Part shown: piece after piece, positions 1-13,357 of the stretch | Position numbering within the stretch: position 1 is the first letter of the stretch | Layout of the letters: each line of letters begins with the position of its first letter | Origin: Mobula hypostoma | Taxonomy: Eukaryota | NCBI RefSeq assembly: GCF_963921235.1 | Contig: NC_086097.1 | Span: 33,730,001 to 33,794,000 of the forward strand | DNA: 64,000 bases | Reading direction: 5' to 3' | Translations under genes and position numbers: made by a program | Notes under the pieces: model-generated | The model's input: the letters and a program-made list of their open reading frames with translations, nothing else | Told to the model about the DNA's origin: nothing | Databases searched by the model: none

Positions 1-2085
1 TGTCCTCTTGTATTGACCAGTGGTGCCCTGGGGAAGAGGCGCTGGCTATCCACTCTATCTATTCCTCTTAATATCTTGTACACCTCTATCATGTCTCCCC
101 TCATCCTCCTCCTCTCCAAAGAGTAAAGCCCTAGCTCCCTTAATCTCTAATCATAATGCATACTTTCTAAACCAGGCAGCATCGTGGTAAATCTCCTCTG
201 TACCCTTTCCAATGCTTCCACATCCATCCTATAGTGAGGTGACCAGAACTGGACACAGTACTCCAAGTGTGGCCTAACCAGAGTTTTATAGAGCTGCATC
301 ATTACATCACGACTCTTAAACTCTATCCCTCGACTTATGAAAGCTAACACCCCATAAGCTTTCTTAACTACCCTATCCACCTGTGAGGCAACTTTCAGTG
401 ATCTGTGGACATGTACCCCCAGATCCCTCTGCTCCTCCACACTACCAAGTATCCTGCCATTTACTTTGTACTCTGCCGTGGAGTTTGTCCTTTCAAAGTG
501 TACCACCTCACACTTCTCCAGGTTGAACTCCATCTGCCACTTCTCAGCCCACTTCTGCATCCTATCAATGTCTCTCTACAATATTCAACAATCCTCTACA
601 TTATCTACAACACCACCAACCTTTGTGTCATCTGAAAACTTACCAACCCACCCTTCCACCCCACCATCCAGGTAGTTAATAAAAATCACGAAGAGTAGAG
701 GTCCCAGAACAGATCCTTGTGGGACACCACTAGTCACAACCCTCCAATCTGAATATACTCCCTCCACCACGACCCTCTGCCTTCTGCAAGCAAGCCAATT
801 CTGAATCCACCTGGCCAAACATGCCTTCTGACTTTCTGAATAAGCCTACTGTGTGGAACCTTGTCAAATGCTTTGCTAAAATCCATGTAGATCACATCCA
901 CAGCACTACCGTCATCTATATGCCTGGTCACCTCCTCAAAGAACTCTATCAGGCTTGTTAGACACGTTCTGCCCTTCACAAAGCCATGCTAACTGTTCCT
1001 GATCAGACCATGATTCTCTAAATGCCCATAGATCCTATCTCTAAGAATCTTTTCCAACAGTTTTCCCACCATAGACGTAAGGCTCACTGGTCTATAATTA
1101 CCTGGACTATCCCTACTATCTTTTTTGAACAAGGGGTCAACATTCGCCTCCCTCCAATCCTCCGGTACCATTCCCGTAGACAACGAGGACATAAAGATCC
1201 TAGCCAGAGGCTCAGCAATCTCTTCTCTCGCCTCGTGGAGCAGCCTGGGGAATATTCCATTCGGCCCCGGGGACTTAGCCGTCCTAATGTATTTTAACAA
1301 CTCCAACACCACCTCTCCTTTCATATCTACATGCTCCAGAACATCAACCTCACTCATATTGTCCTCACCGTCATCAAGTTCCCTCTCATTGGTGAATACC
1401 GAAGAAAAGTATTCATTGAGGACCTCGCTCACTTCCATAGCCTCCAGGCATATCTTCCCACCTTTATCTCTAATCGTTCCTACATTCACTCCTGTCATCC
1501 TTTTCTTCTTCACATAATTGAAGAATGCCTTGGGGTTTTCCTTTACCCTACTTGCCAAGGCCTTCTCATGCCCCCTTCTTGCTCTTCTCAGCCCCTTCTT
1601 AAGCTCCTTTCTTGCTTCCCTATATTCCTCAATAGACCCATCTGATCCTTGCTGCCTAAACTTCATGTATGCTGCCTTCTTCCACCTGACTAGATTTTCC
1701 ACCTCACTTTTCACCCATGGTTCCTTCACCCTACCATTGTTTATCTTCCTTACTGGGACAAATTTATCCCTAACATCCCGCAAGAGATCTCTAAACATCG
1801 ACCACATGTCCATAGTACATTTCCCTGCAAAAACATCATCCCAATTCACACCCGCAAGTTCTAGCCTTATAACCTCATAATTTTCCCTTCCCCAATTAAA
1901 AATTTTCCTGCCCTCTCTGATTCTATCCTTTTCCATGATCATGCTAAAGGCCAGGGAGCGGTGGTCACTGTCCCCCAGATGCTCACCCACCGAGAGATCT
2001 GTGACCTGACCTGGTTCGTTACCTAATACTAGATCTGGTATGGCATTCCCCCTAGTCGGCCAGTCAACATACAGTGACAGGAATC
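1..2085 (-). mobile_element. CR1 LINE, 5'-truncated ORF2 (end of endonuclease plus RT), frameshifted; runs off the left edge
   Basis: ORFs 989..2143, 734..979, 585..818, 147..560 contain [46 protein letters not shown] and LVRPHLEYCVQFWSP. Confidence 0.95.
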
Positions 2086-2908
2086 TAAATGTTAACTTCC
2101 CAGTTCTCAGAGTGAGATTTCCTGGTAATTGACTTAAATGCAAATCATGCGATAGGTATAAGAATGTTTTTGTTTGAGTTGCAGGAAAAATGTTATGTGG
2201 GATTTTCCCTGGAACAAGAAGTAAGTCTTAAGTCCATATCATGTGGTTAGTTACTCATTCAATAAAGGATTTTTAAAGAAAAATGTGATCCTAACCTTTA
2301 TGAGAACAGGCTTTTTGTAGATCCGGTACCATGAAATGAATGCACAGCAAGAGCCATCTGTTCTGTTACATTGAGACATCTGTTCACTCACCAGCCCACG
2401 GCTTAAACAAAACACTTGTCACCTTTGCTTAAAAGAAGACAAATTATTTCTTCATACATGATCTTTTATCAGGGTCACCTTCAGAGAAAATAGCCCACAA
2501 ATGCATTTAGAGGTGAATGTGGGATTGGGATGAGGTGGGAGGCAGCCGTAAATCTGTTCTCTTTATTATTTAATTTGAACTGCTTTAGATAGTTGCAAAT
2601 GCTGCTGAAGAGACCGTGGAAGAAATTTAACTTGCATTTAATTTTTTGTAACTTGTACTATATTTGGTAACAGGTCTCTTAATTTTATGTATTGCGTTGC
2701 TGGCACTGTAAGTAGTATAGATAGAAGTATCAAATTACAAAATGATTACAGTAAAAATAAAATTCAGTGCACCCAGTTAAGTCTTTTAATTTGGAGACAC
2801 AAAGCAGAGTGGAGAGCACATTCTAAATGATCAAAAACTGGAATCACCAATGGCCCAAGATAAAGTAAGAGCCCATGTCCACGGTTAATTAAAATGTTAC
2901 AGACAAGT

Positions 2909-3868
2909 TTAACAATGCAAACATGAGGAAATCTGCAGATGCTGTAACTTCCACCACCTCCAACGGGATCCCACCACGAAACACATCTTTCCCTCTTCCC
3001 CCCCCCCCGCTTTTCGCAGGAATCGCTCCCTACGCGACTTCCCTGTCCATTTGTCCCCCCCATCCCTTCCCGCCGATCTCCCTCCTGGCACTTATCCTTG
3101 TAAGTGGAACAAGTGCTACACATGCCCTTACAATTCCTCCCTTACCAACATTCAGAGCCCCAGACAGTCCTTCCAGGTGAGGCAACACTTCACCTGTGAG
3201 TCGGCTGGGGTGATATACTGCGTCCGGTGCTCCCAATGCGGCCTTCTATATATTGCCAAGACGCAGGCTGGGAGACCGTTTTGCTGAACACCTACGCTCT
3301 GTCCGCCAGAGAAAGCAGGATCTCCCAGTGGCCACGCATTTTAATTCCACGTCCCATTCCCATTCTGATATGTCTATCCACGGCCTCCTCTACTGTCAAG
3401 ATGAAGCCACACTCAGGATGGAGGAAGAACACCTTATATTCCGTCTGGGTAGCCTCCAACCTGATGGCACGAACATCGACTTCTCTAACTTCTGCTAATG
3501 CCCCACCTCCCCCTCGTACCCCATCCGTTATTTATTTATTATATATTTTCTCTCTCTCCTTTTTCTCCCTCTGTCTCTCTCACTATACTCCTTGCCCATC
3601 TCCCCTCCCCCTTCTCTCTCCCTGGGCCTCCTGTCCCATGATCCTCTCATATCCCTTTTGCCAATCACCTGTCCAGCTCTTGGCTCCATCCCTCCCCCTC
3701 CTGTCTTCTCCTATCATTTCAGATCTCCCCCTCCCCCTCCCACTTTCAAATCTCTTACTATCTGTTCTTTCAGTTAGTCCTGATGAAGGGTCTTGGCCTG
3801 AAACGTCGACTGTACCTCTTCCTAGAGATGCTGCCTGGCCTGCTGCGTTCACCAACAATTTTTGTGTG
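2909..3868 (+). mobile_element. Penelope-like element (Neptune-type), 5'-truncated: Cys linker, GIY-YIG endonuclease and 3' end, with 14-bp TSD
   Basis: PGTYPCKWNKCYTCP linker; FTCESAGVIYCVRCSQCGLLYI..RRRLGDRFAEHL GIY-YIG motif. TGTTACAGACAAGT occurs at both 2895-2908 and 3869-3882. Confidence 0.9.
3776..3811 (+). ncRNA. Minimal type I hammerhead ribozyme motif in Penelope 3' end
   Basis: AGUC-CUGAUGA-AGGGUCUUGGCCU-GAAAC-GUC-GACU: both core boxes, stem I AGUC/GACU, stem II, and palindromic ACGU in place of stem III. Confidence 0.8.
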
Positions 3869-4689
3869 TGTTACAGACAAGTCAGTCTTGCATAGCAGCT
3901 TGGTGGCTCCAGGCTAGGTTCAGCCACCTGTCTAGTTTACAGGAGTTAGACATGAGTGGAGACAGATCTTCTGAAAGTCGACTTCACCTTTGAGATACAA
4001 AATACGTAATTAATATTATTTAGCATTGTGTGTGGAGCAGGAAGCAACAGACCAATTATCATGCCAGCACTTTGAAGAATGTTGTGACAAGCGTAGAAAG
4101 CACAGGGTCACTTCATTTACAGCCCTCTCAATTACGTGTTTTCAAAACAACAGCAGATGATTTTTATAAAAATAGAGCACACAGATATGCTGCAGTTTAA
4201 ACTCGTAACTAATACCAGAATTTATCATTCTTTTCATAGGACCTTTATAAGGGTTACAGGAAGAGGAAGAAATCTCTATTCTTGGATTCCTTACGGGTTT
4301 TCAGGCAACATGTGGGAACACCATGTAACACCAAGGGAAAATGGAAACCGGTACACAGTGAGATTCGGAAGGAAATAGGGTGGGGGGGGGAATAAGTTGA
4401 GATCTTTTGGAGAGAGAAATGAAACTTGCTTAGTAGCAGTGAGAGTTATTTAGATTCTGCTTACAATTAATCATCAACCCTTAAAAAATCCGGAAGTGGA
4501 GGTGCACTTTATAAAATATGAAAAAAAAAATCAGTTTCTCCACTGGTTTCGACATGTGTTCCTGATTCCATCTCTGAGAAAACCAGGCTGAAAATCCAAT
4601 GCCTTTCTTGAATAGCCAGTTGGATTTCTACAGTGCTTGCCTGAAGAAAGTTCAGGTATATGGATCTCAAGATGATATATGGTAACTTA

Positions 4690-4806
4690 CCCTCTGTGGC
4701 CACTTTTTTAGGTAGGCCTGAAACCTGCTCGTTAATGTAAATATCTAATCAGCCAATCATGTGGGAGCAACTCAATGCATAAAAGCATGCAGACATAGTC
4801 AAAGAG
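4690..4806 (+). mobile_element. Tc1-like non-autonomous DNA transposon, left part
   Basis: TA followed by a C(A/C)CTC(A/T)GTGGCCACTTT..TAGG TIR; colinear with the reverse complement of 22320-22440. Confidence 0.8.
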
Positions 4807-4809
4807 ATA

Positions 4810-6580
4810 CAGTAAAGAAGAAAAGAAGAGCTTACGAAAGGTTCAAAAAACTAGGTAATGATAGAGATCTAGAAGATTATAAGGCTAGCAGGAAGGAGCT
4901 TAAGAATGAAATTAGGAGAGCCAGAAGGGGCCATGAGAAGTCCTTGGTGGACAGGATTAAGGAAAACCGCAAGGCATTCTACAGGTATGTGAAGAGCAAG
5001 AGGATAAGACATGAGAGAACAGGACCAATCAAGTGTGACAGTGGAAAAGCATATATGGAATGGGAGAAGATAGCAGAGGCACTTAATGAGTACTTTGCTT
5101 CAGTATTTACAACGGAAAAGGATTGAGGTGATTGTAGGGATGATTTACAGCAGACTGAAAAGCTTGAGCATGTAGATATTAAGAAAGAGGATGTGCTGGA
5201 GCTTTTGGAAAGCGTCAAGTTGGATAAGTCACCGGGACTGGGTGAGATATACTCCAGGCTACTGTGGGAGGCAAGGGAGGAGATTGCTGATCCTCTGGCG
5301 ATGATCTTTGCATCATCAATGGGGACGGAGGAGGTTCCAGAGGATTGGAGGGTTGTGGATGTTGTTCCTTTATTCAAGAAAGGGAGTAGAGATAGCCTAG
5401 GAAATTATAGGCCAGTGAGTCTTACTTCAGTGGTTGGTAAGTTGATGGAGAAGATCCTGAGAGGCAGGATTTATGAACATTTGGAGAGGCATAATATGAT
5501 TAGGAATATACAGCATATGGCTTTGTCAAAGGCAGGTCATGCCTCATGAGCCTGATTGAATTTTTTGAGGATGTGACTAAACACAGTGATGAAGGTAGAT
5601 CTGTAGATGTAGTGTATATGGATTTCATTAAGGCATTTGACAAGGTACCCCATGCAAGGCTTATTGAGAAAGTAAGGAGGTATGGGATCCAAGGAGACAT
5701 TGCTATGTGGATCTAGAACTGGCTTGCTCAGAGAAGGCAAAGAGTGGTTGTAGATAGGTCATATTCTACATGGAGGTCGGTCACCAGTGGTGTGCTTCAG
5801 AGATCTGTTCTGGGACCCCTACTCTTCGTGATTTTTATAAATGACCTGGATGAGGAAATGGAGGGATGGGTCAGTAAGTTTGCTGATGACACAAAGGTTG
5901 GAGGTGTTGTAGATAGTGTGGAGGGCTGGCAGATGTTACAGTGGGACATCAATAGGATGCAAAACTGGGCTGAGAAGTGGCAACTGGAGTTCAACCCAGA
6001 TAAATGTGAGGTGGTCAAAAATAAGAACGAAATATAGTATTAATGGTAAGACTCTTGGCAGTATGGAGGATCAGAGGGATCTTGGGTTCTGAGTCCATAG
6101 GACAATCAAAGCTGCTGCACAGGTTGACTGTGTGGTTAAGAAGGCATATGGTGCATTGGCCTTCATGAAACGTGGGATTGAGTTTAGGAGCCAAGAGGTA
6201 ATATTACAGCTATATAGGACACTGGTCAGACCCCACTTGGAGTACTGTTCTCAGTTCTGGTCAGCTCACTACAGAAAGGATGTGGAAACTATAGAAAAGG
6301 TGCAGAGGAGATTTACAAGAATGTTGCCTGGATTGGGGAGCATGCCTTATGAGAATAGGTTGAGTGAACTTGGTCGTTTCTCCTTGGAGCAACAAAGGAT
6401 GAGAGGTGACCTGATAGAGGTGTCTGAGATGACATGAGGCATTGATTGTATGAATAATCAGAGACTTTTTCTCAGGGCTGAAATGGCTAACATGAGAGGG
6501 CACAGTTTTAAGGTGCTTGGAAGTAAGTACAGAGGAGATGTCAGGAGCAAGTTTTTTATGCAGAGGTTGGTGAGTACGTG
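4810..6580 (+). mobile_element. CR1 LINE ORF2 (RT), decayed; stops just before its 3' tail
   Basis: ORFs 4761..5126, 5193..5549, 5744..6037, 6132..6437 with NYRPVSLTS, KFADDTK and LVRPHLEYC. Confidence 0.93.
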
Positions 6581-8110
6581 AGGTCTATAAAAACCACCTG
6601 GTAGAGTTATTGACCCCTTCCTGTTCCTAACTTCCACCCACAGGGACTCAGTAGATAATCCCTCCATGACTTCCTCCTTTTCTGCAGCCATGACACTGTC
6701 TATAATCAACAGTGCCACGCCCCCACCTCTTTTGCCTCCCTCCCTATCCTTTCTGAAACATCTAAAGCCTGGCACTCAAAGTAACCATTCCTGCTCCTGA
6801 GCCATCCAAATCTCTGTAATGGCCAAAACATCATTGCTCCAAGTACTGATCCATGCTCTAAGCTCATCCGCTCTGTTCATGATACTCCTTGCATTAAAAT
6901 AGACACATCTCAAACCATCAGTCTGAGTGCATCCCTTCTCTATCACCTGCCTATCCTACCTTTCACACTGCCTACAAGCTTTGTGAGCCAACCTCCCCTT
7001 CCTCCATCTCTTCAGTTCAGTTCCCACACCCCAGCAATTCTAGTTTAAACTCTCCCCAACAGCCTTAGCAAACCTCCCTCCCAGGATATTGGTCCACCTC
7101 AGATTCAAGTGCAAGCCATCCTTTTTGTACAGGTCACGCCTGCCCCAAAAGAGGTCCCAATGATCCAGAAATCTGAATCCCTAATCCAACTACTCAGCCA
7201 CACATTTATCCTCCACCTCATTCTATTCCTATACTCACTGTCATGTAGCACAGGCAGTAATCCTGAGATTACTACCTTTGTGGTCCTGCTTCTCAACTTC
7301 CTTCCTAACTCCCTGTAGTCTGTTTTCAGGACCTCCTCCCTTTTCCTACTTATGTCGTTGGTACCAATATGTACCATGACCTCTGGCTGTTCACCTTCCC
7401 TCTTCAAGATATTATGGACACGATCAGAAACATCCTGGACCCTGGCACCTGGGAGGTAAACTACCATTCGTGTTTCTTTCCTGTGTCTACAGAACTGCCT
7501 GTCTGACCCCCTAACTATAGTGTCCCTTATCATGCTGCCATCCTCTTCCTTTCCCTACCCTTCTGAGTCACAGAGCCAGACTCTGCCAGAGGCACAACCA
7601 CAGGTGCTTCCCCCAGGTATGCCATCCCCCCACAACAGTACTCAAACAGGAGTACTTATTGGTAAGGGAGACAGCCAGAGGGGTACTCTCAAGTATCTGA
7701 CTCTTGCCCTTCCCTCTCCTGTTACCCACTTATCTGTCTCCCAAGGCCCTGGTATGACTACTGCCCATAGCTCCTCTCTATCACCTCTTCACTCTCCCTG
7801 ACCAGATGAAGGTCATCGAGCTGCATCTCCAATTCCCTAACCTGGTCCCTACGGAGCTGCAGTTTGATGCACCTGGTGCAGGTGTGGCCGTCTAGGAAGC
7901 TGGGAGTCTCCCAGACATCCCTCATCTGACACCTAATACAGAACACTGGCCTCACAGACATATTTCCTATTCCTCACAAGTTACTTGCCTCGCCTTGAAC
8001 CATTATCGCCGAAGCCCCGTTGAGCCAAAGCCCTCCAGCTCTGTCTCCCTCTGCTCTGGCACTCTCTCTATGAAGCTGGCTTCTTTTAAGTCCTTCCAGC
8101 CAGTCAAACT
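6581..8110 (-). mobile_element. CR1 LINE 5' portion: ORF1 (Zn finger plus SGNH/GDSL esterase-like domain) and start of ORF2 endonuclease
   Basis: ORF 7758..7961 has CxxC...TCxxC (CIRC..HTCTRC); ORF 7105..7533 has IRDTIVRG and VMVHIGTNDI; ORF 6458..6775 has FRKDREGGKRGGGVALLI and ESLWVEV..FYRP. Confidence 0.9.
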
Positions 8111-8294
8111 TGCTGATCTCCACATGCTTGTGCAGTCATGCCTCGATCTATTCTTTAGGTTTTGATAAAGGCCAGATATCTAAAACTTTATCCCTAGGTG
8201 GCCACGGTATTTGTTATGTATTTCAGATTTCCTTCAGTTATGGTCAGTCATTGATTTGCTGTGTAAATGTGAATCTAATTGTCATTTCCTAATG

Positions 8295-11220
8295 ATTCAA
8301 TACCAAGAAAAGGACTTATAAGGTAGCAAAAGTGGTTGAAAGTTGGATGATTGGGAAGCTTTTAAAATCCAACAAAAGATAACTAAAAAGCTATGAGAAG
8401 AGAAAAGATGAAATATGAGGACAAACTGGCCAATAATATATAGCAGGGTGATAAAAGTTTTTTCAGTTTTATAAAGAGTGAAAAAGGGGAGTGAGAGTTG
8501 ATATTGGACCACTGGAAATGATGCTGTTGCGGTGGTAGTGGGAGACAAAGAAATGCAGATGAAGCTAATGAGTACTTTGCATCAGTCTTCACTCTGGAAG
8601 ACACTAGCGGTGTGCCAGAGGTCCGTGAGTGTCAGGGAGCAGGAGTGAGTGCCATTGCTATTGCGAAGGAAAAAGTGCAGGGCAAACTCAAAGGTGTAAA
8701 GGTGGATAAGTCACCTGGACCAGATGAACTACATTCCAGAGTCCCGAGGGAGATTGCTGAAGAGATAACAGAAGTATTAGTCATGATCTTTCAAGAATCA
8801 CTTGATTCTGGCATAGCCCCAAAGGACTGGAAAATTGCAAATGTCACTCCACACTTTAAGAAGGGAATAAGGCAAAAGAAAGGATATTATAGGCCAGTTA
8901 GCCTAACTTCAATGGTTGGGAAAGTGTTGAAGTCTAAGGATGAGGTTTCGGGATACTTGGAGACTAATGATAAAATAAGTCAAAGTCATCATGGTTTCCG
9001 TAAAGGAAAATCTTGCCTGTCATATCTGTTAGAGTTCTTCAAGGAAGTAACAAACAAGGTGGACAAAGGAGAGGCAGTGGATGTCATTTACTTGGATTTT
9101 CAGAAGGCATTTGATAAGGTGCCACACATGAGACTGCTTAACAAAATAAAACTCTTATGGCGTTACAGGAAAGATACTGGCATGGATGGAAAAATGGCTG
9201 ACAGGCAGGAGACGGTGAGTGGAAATAACAGGGGTCAGTATTGGGACCACAGGTTTTCATATTGTTTGTCAATGATTTAGATAATTCAATTGACTTTGTG
9301 GCAAAGTTTGCAGATGATATGAAGATAGGTGGAGGGGTAGGTAGTGCTGAGGAAGCAATACGATTGCAGCAGAACTTTGACAAATTGGAAAAATGGGCAA
9401 AAAAGTGACATAGGGAATACAGTGTTGGGAAATGTAAGATAGTGTATTTTGGGAAAAGGAACAATAGTGCGGACTATTATTGAAATCGGGAGAAAAGTCA
9501 AACATCAGAGGTGCACAGGGATTTAGGAGTCCTCACGCATGACTCCCAGAAGGTTAATTTACAGTATGAGTTTGTTGTAAAGAATGCCAATGCAATGTTG
9601 GCATTTATTTAACCATATAACCATATAACAATTACAGCATCTCGGCCCTTCTAGTCCGTGCCGAACTCTTACTCTCACCTAGTCCCACCTACCTGCACTC
9701 ACCACGTAACCATCCATTCCTTTCCTGTCCATATATCTATCCAATTTAACTTTAAATGACAACATCAAACTTGCTTTAATCACTTCTGCTGGAAGCTCGT
9801 TCCACACAGCTACCACTCGCTGAGTAAAGAAGTTCTCCCTCATGTTACCCCTAAACTTTTGCCCTTTAACTCTCAACTCATGTCCTCTTGTTTAAATCTT
9901 CCCCACTCTCAATGGAAAAAAACCTATCCATGTCAACTCTATCTATCCCCCTCATGATTTTAAGTACCTCTATCAAGTCCCCCCTCAACCTTCTACGCTC
10001 CAAAGAATAAAGACCCAACTTGTTCAACCTTTCTCTGTAACTTAGAAGGTGAAATCCAGGCAACGTTCTAGTAAGTCTCCTCTGTACTCTCTCAATTTTG
10101 TTGACATCTTTCCTATAATTCAGTGACTAGAACTGTACACAATACTCCAAATTTGGCCTTACCAATGCCTTATACAATTTCAACATTTCATCCCGACTCC
10201 TATACTCAGTGCTCTGATTTATAAAGGCCAGCATACCGAAAGCTTTCTTCACCACTCTATCCATATGAGATTCCACCTTCCGGGAACTATGCACCATTAT
10301 TCCTAGATTCCTCTGCTCTACTGCATTCTTTAATGCCCTACCATTTACCATGTATGTCCTATTTTGATTAGTCCTACCAAAATGTAGCACTTCACATTTA
10401 TCAGCATTAAACTCCATCTGCCATCTTTCAGCCCACTCTTCTAAGTGGTCTAAATCTCTCTGCAAGCTTTGAAAACCTACTTCATTATCCACAACTTCAT
10501 CTATCTTAGTATCATCTGCATACTTACTAATCCAATTTACCACCCCATCATCCAGATCATTAATATATATGACAAACGAGATTTAATATACAGTACATGA
10601 CAAACAGGGGGAGTACAATACAAAAGCAAGGAGATAATGCTGAGGCTTTATCAGACACTAGTCAGGCTGCACTTTGAGTATTGTCAACAGTTTGGGCCCC
10701 ATATCTCAGAAAGGATGTGTTGTCAATGGAGAGAGTCCAGAGGAACTCATGGGGATGATTCCAGGAATGAAGGGGTTAACATATGAAGAGCGATAAGCAG
10801 CTTTGGGCCTGTACTCAATGGAATTTAGAGGAATGTGGGGGGATCTCATTGAAACCTACTGAATGTTGAAAGGACCAAGTAAGGTGGAGGTGGAAAGAAT
10901 ATTTCCTTTGGTGGAGTGTCCAGCACTAGAGGATACACTTTCAAAATTGAGGGGTGCCCTTTTAGAACAGAGGTAAGGAGGATTTTTTTAGCCAGTGAGT
11001 GGTGAATCTGTGGAATGCTCTGCCACAAACTGTAGTGGAGGCCAAGTATGTGGATATATTTAAAGTGGAAGTTGATAGTGTGCTGATCAGTCAAGGCATC
11101 AAAGGATATGGAAAAAAGGCAGGTGTATGGGGTTGAATGGGATCCAGGATCAGCCATGATGGAATGGCAGACCAGACTCAATGGACTGAATGGCCTAATT
11201 CTGCTCCTATGTCTTATGTT
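8295..11220 (+). mobile_element. CR1 LINE ORF2 plus tail, interrupted by a younger antisense CR1 at 9611-10600
   Basis: ORF 8612..9280 has YRPVSLTS and YLDFQKAFDKVPH. Sequence resumes at ~10605 and ends in the tail ...tggcctaattctgctcctatgtcttatg. Confidence 0.9.
9611..10577 (-). mobile_element. CR1 LINE 3' part, family with (TATATGGT)n tail
   Basis: ORFs 10127..10543, 9878..10063, 9679..9876 are nearly identical to 17721..18617; tail aaccatataaccatataac at ~9611. Confidence 0.93.
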
Positions 11221-11221
11221 A

Positions 11222-11660
11222 TTATACTGGAAAAAATGCAGAAAAGATTTACAAGGATGATGCCACAACTTAAAGGAATGAGTGATAGGGGGAGGGTGGA
11301 CAGGTTAGGACTTGTTTCCCTTGGAATGTAGCAGACTGAGAGGTTGTTTCTAGAGCTGTGCCAAATCATGAGGGGCATAGATAGGGTAAATGTTTTTTTT
11401 CTCTCAGTTGGGAAAGCAAGAACTAGAGAATATAGGTTTAAGTTTAAAGGCGAAATAATTAATAGAAATCTGAGGGAAAGTTTGTTACACAGAGGGCAAT
11501 TCATACATGGAACGAGCTTGAGAGGAGAATTGGAAAGTACACAGAGAGAAGGTTTAGAAGGATGTGAGTCAGGTGAACAAGCTTGAATGAACATGTTTAT
11601 CCGTATGGAACAGTTGGGCTGAAGGGCTTGTTTCCGTGCCGTATGTCTTCATGACAATGA
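11222..11660 (+). mobile_element. Old CR1 3' fragment
   Basis: LEKMQKRFTRMMP and IMRGIDRV; tail gggctgaagggcttgtttccgtgc. Confidence 0.75.
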
Positions 11661-11764
11661 CCTAATCCTGCTCCTTTCTTTGTGTTTCTATGAGATACGA
11701 CAGCACGTAAGGCTTCTTGGTGCTGGCACACACATTTACCAACCTTAAATGTATACTAAATATA

Positions 11765-12030
11765 AATACTTCAGGAACAGCTTCTTCCCCTCTGCCATCT
11801 GATTCCTAAATGGACATTGAACCTGTGAACACTACCTCACTTTTTAAATCATTATTTCTGTTTCTGCAACTATTTTAAAATGTTATACATAGACACACAC
11901 ACATACATACACTTACTGTAATTTATTTATTTATTTCTATATTGCCAAGTATTTCATTGTACTGCTGCTGCTAAGTTAACAAGTTTCACAACATACACCA
12001 GTGATAGTAATTCTGATTCTGATTCTGAAG
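11765..12030 (+). mobile_element. Rex1/Babar-type LINE 3' tail
   Basis: ttcaggaacagcttcttcccctctgccatc (FRNSFFPSAI) and terminal (TTCTGA)n. Confidence 0.7.
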
Positions 12031-12410
12031 AAAGCATAGATTTATTCTTTACAATCTAAGTGTAGAGTTAAATGAGGTTGCTAAGTAGCATATTAGTGGT
12101 GATCAGTAAGTTGTATTTATGAGCCTCTTTAGGGCCATTCCAACAACTACCCTCTCACTGAACATTCATCATGCATTTCAGAGAATAAAAATCTCTAAAA
12201 TATTTCTATGTTGGAGGAAAGTTCATAGGCATGTCAGTTCTCTTCTGTTATAATTCTTGTGTGAGTTAAACAATCCAGCAATTTTAATTAAAATACTAAA
12301 GCTTCTGTTAATTAAGTTGCCATCCAAATGAAACCCTTGACCTTTTTCCCCTGGTCTGTGAGCTGGCTCTATTTAAAGTTCAATATAAGTTCATTAACAA
12401 ATAACATCTA

Positions 12411-12835
12411 CACTCAGTGGCCACGTTATTAGGTATAGGGGTCGAACCTGATGTGGCCTTCTGCTGCTTTTGCTCATCCACTTCAAGGTTCAACACGTCA
12501 TGCATTTGGAGATGCTCTTCTGCACATCACTGTGGTAACACGCGGTTATTTGAGTTATTGTCACCTTCCTCTCAGCTTGAACTAGTCTGGCCATTCTCCT
12601 CTCATCACTCTCATTAACAAGGTGTTTACACCCACAACTGCTGCTCACTGGACTTTTGTTTTTGTTTTTCATAACATTCTCTGTAAACTCAAGACTGTTG
12701 TGTGTGAAAATCCCAAGAGATCAGCAGCTTATGAGGTGCTCAAGCCACCCCGTCTGGCACTCCAGTGTCAGCCAAAGTCACTGAGATCACATTTTTTCCC
12801 CATTGTGAGGTTTAGTCTGAACAACAATGGAATCT
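12411..12835 (-). mobile_element. Tc1-like non-autonomous DNA transposon, right part
   Basis: TA|CACTCAGTGGCCAC TIR at 12409-12424; transposase N-terminal remnant MGKKCDLSDFG on the minus strand. Confidence 0.85.
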
Positions 12836-13357
12836 GGAAACATAGAAGCCTACAGCACAGTGGGCACGTGGCCAAGTGGTTAAGGCATTGGACTAGCGAC
12901 CTGAAGGTCGTGAGTTTGAGCCCCAGCCGAGGGAACGTGTTGTGTCCTTGAGCAAGGCACTTAATCACACCTTGCCCTGCGATGACACGGGTGCCAAGCT
13001 GTATGGGTCCTAATGCCCTTCCCTTGGAGAACATTGGTGTCGTGGAGAGGGAAGACTTGCAGCATGGGCAACTGCTGGTCTTCCATACAACCTTGCAGGC
13101 CTGCGTCCTGGAGAGTGAAGACTTTCCAGGCGCAGATCCATGGTCTCGCAAGACTAACGGGTGCCTTTCCAGCAGAATACACGCCCTTCGGCCCTCAAAG
13201 CTGTGCCAAACATGTCCTTACCTTAGAAATTATCTAGGGTTACCCATAGCACTCAATTTTTCTGAGCTCCATGTATCTCTCTAGGAGTCTCTTAAAAGAT
13301 CCTACAGTATCCGCCTCCACCACTGTCACCAGCAGCACTGTCTGCGAAAAAAAATTT
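12836..13357 (-). mobile_element. CR1 3' tail (interrupted by a SINE)
   Basis: Reverse complement of VVEADTVGSFKRLLERYMELRKIE and a ...gtgctgtagg..tctatgtttc tail. Confidence 0.85.
12860..13169 (+). mobile_element. tRNA-derived SINE, apparently full length
   Basis: A box TGGCCAAGTGG, B box-like GAGTTTGAGCCC, body GTGTCCTTGAGCAAGGCACTTAA. Imperfect TSD cagcaca (12853-12859) / cagcaga (13170-13176); host CR1 tail is contiguous across it. Confidence 0.85.

Noticed and set aside
12860..12935. Possible tRNA gene
   Set aside because: No complete cloverleaf; continues into a SINE body and tail and is flanked by a TSD.
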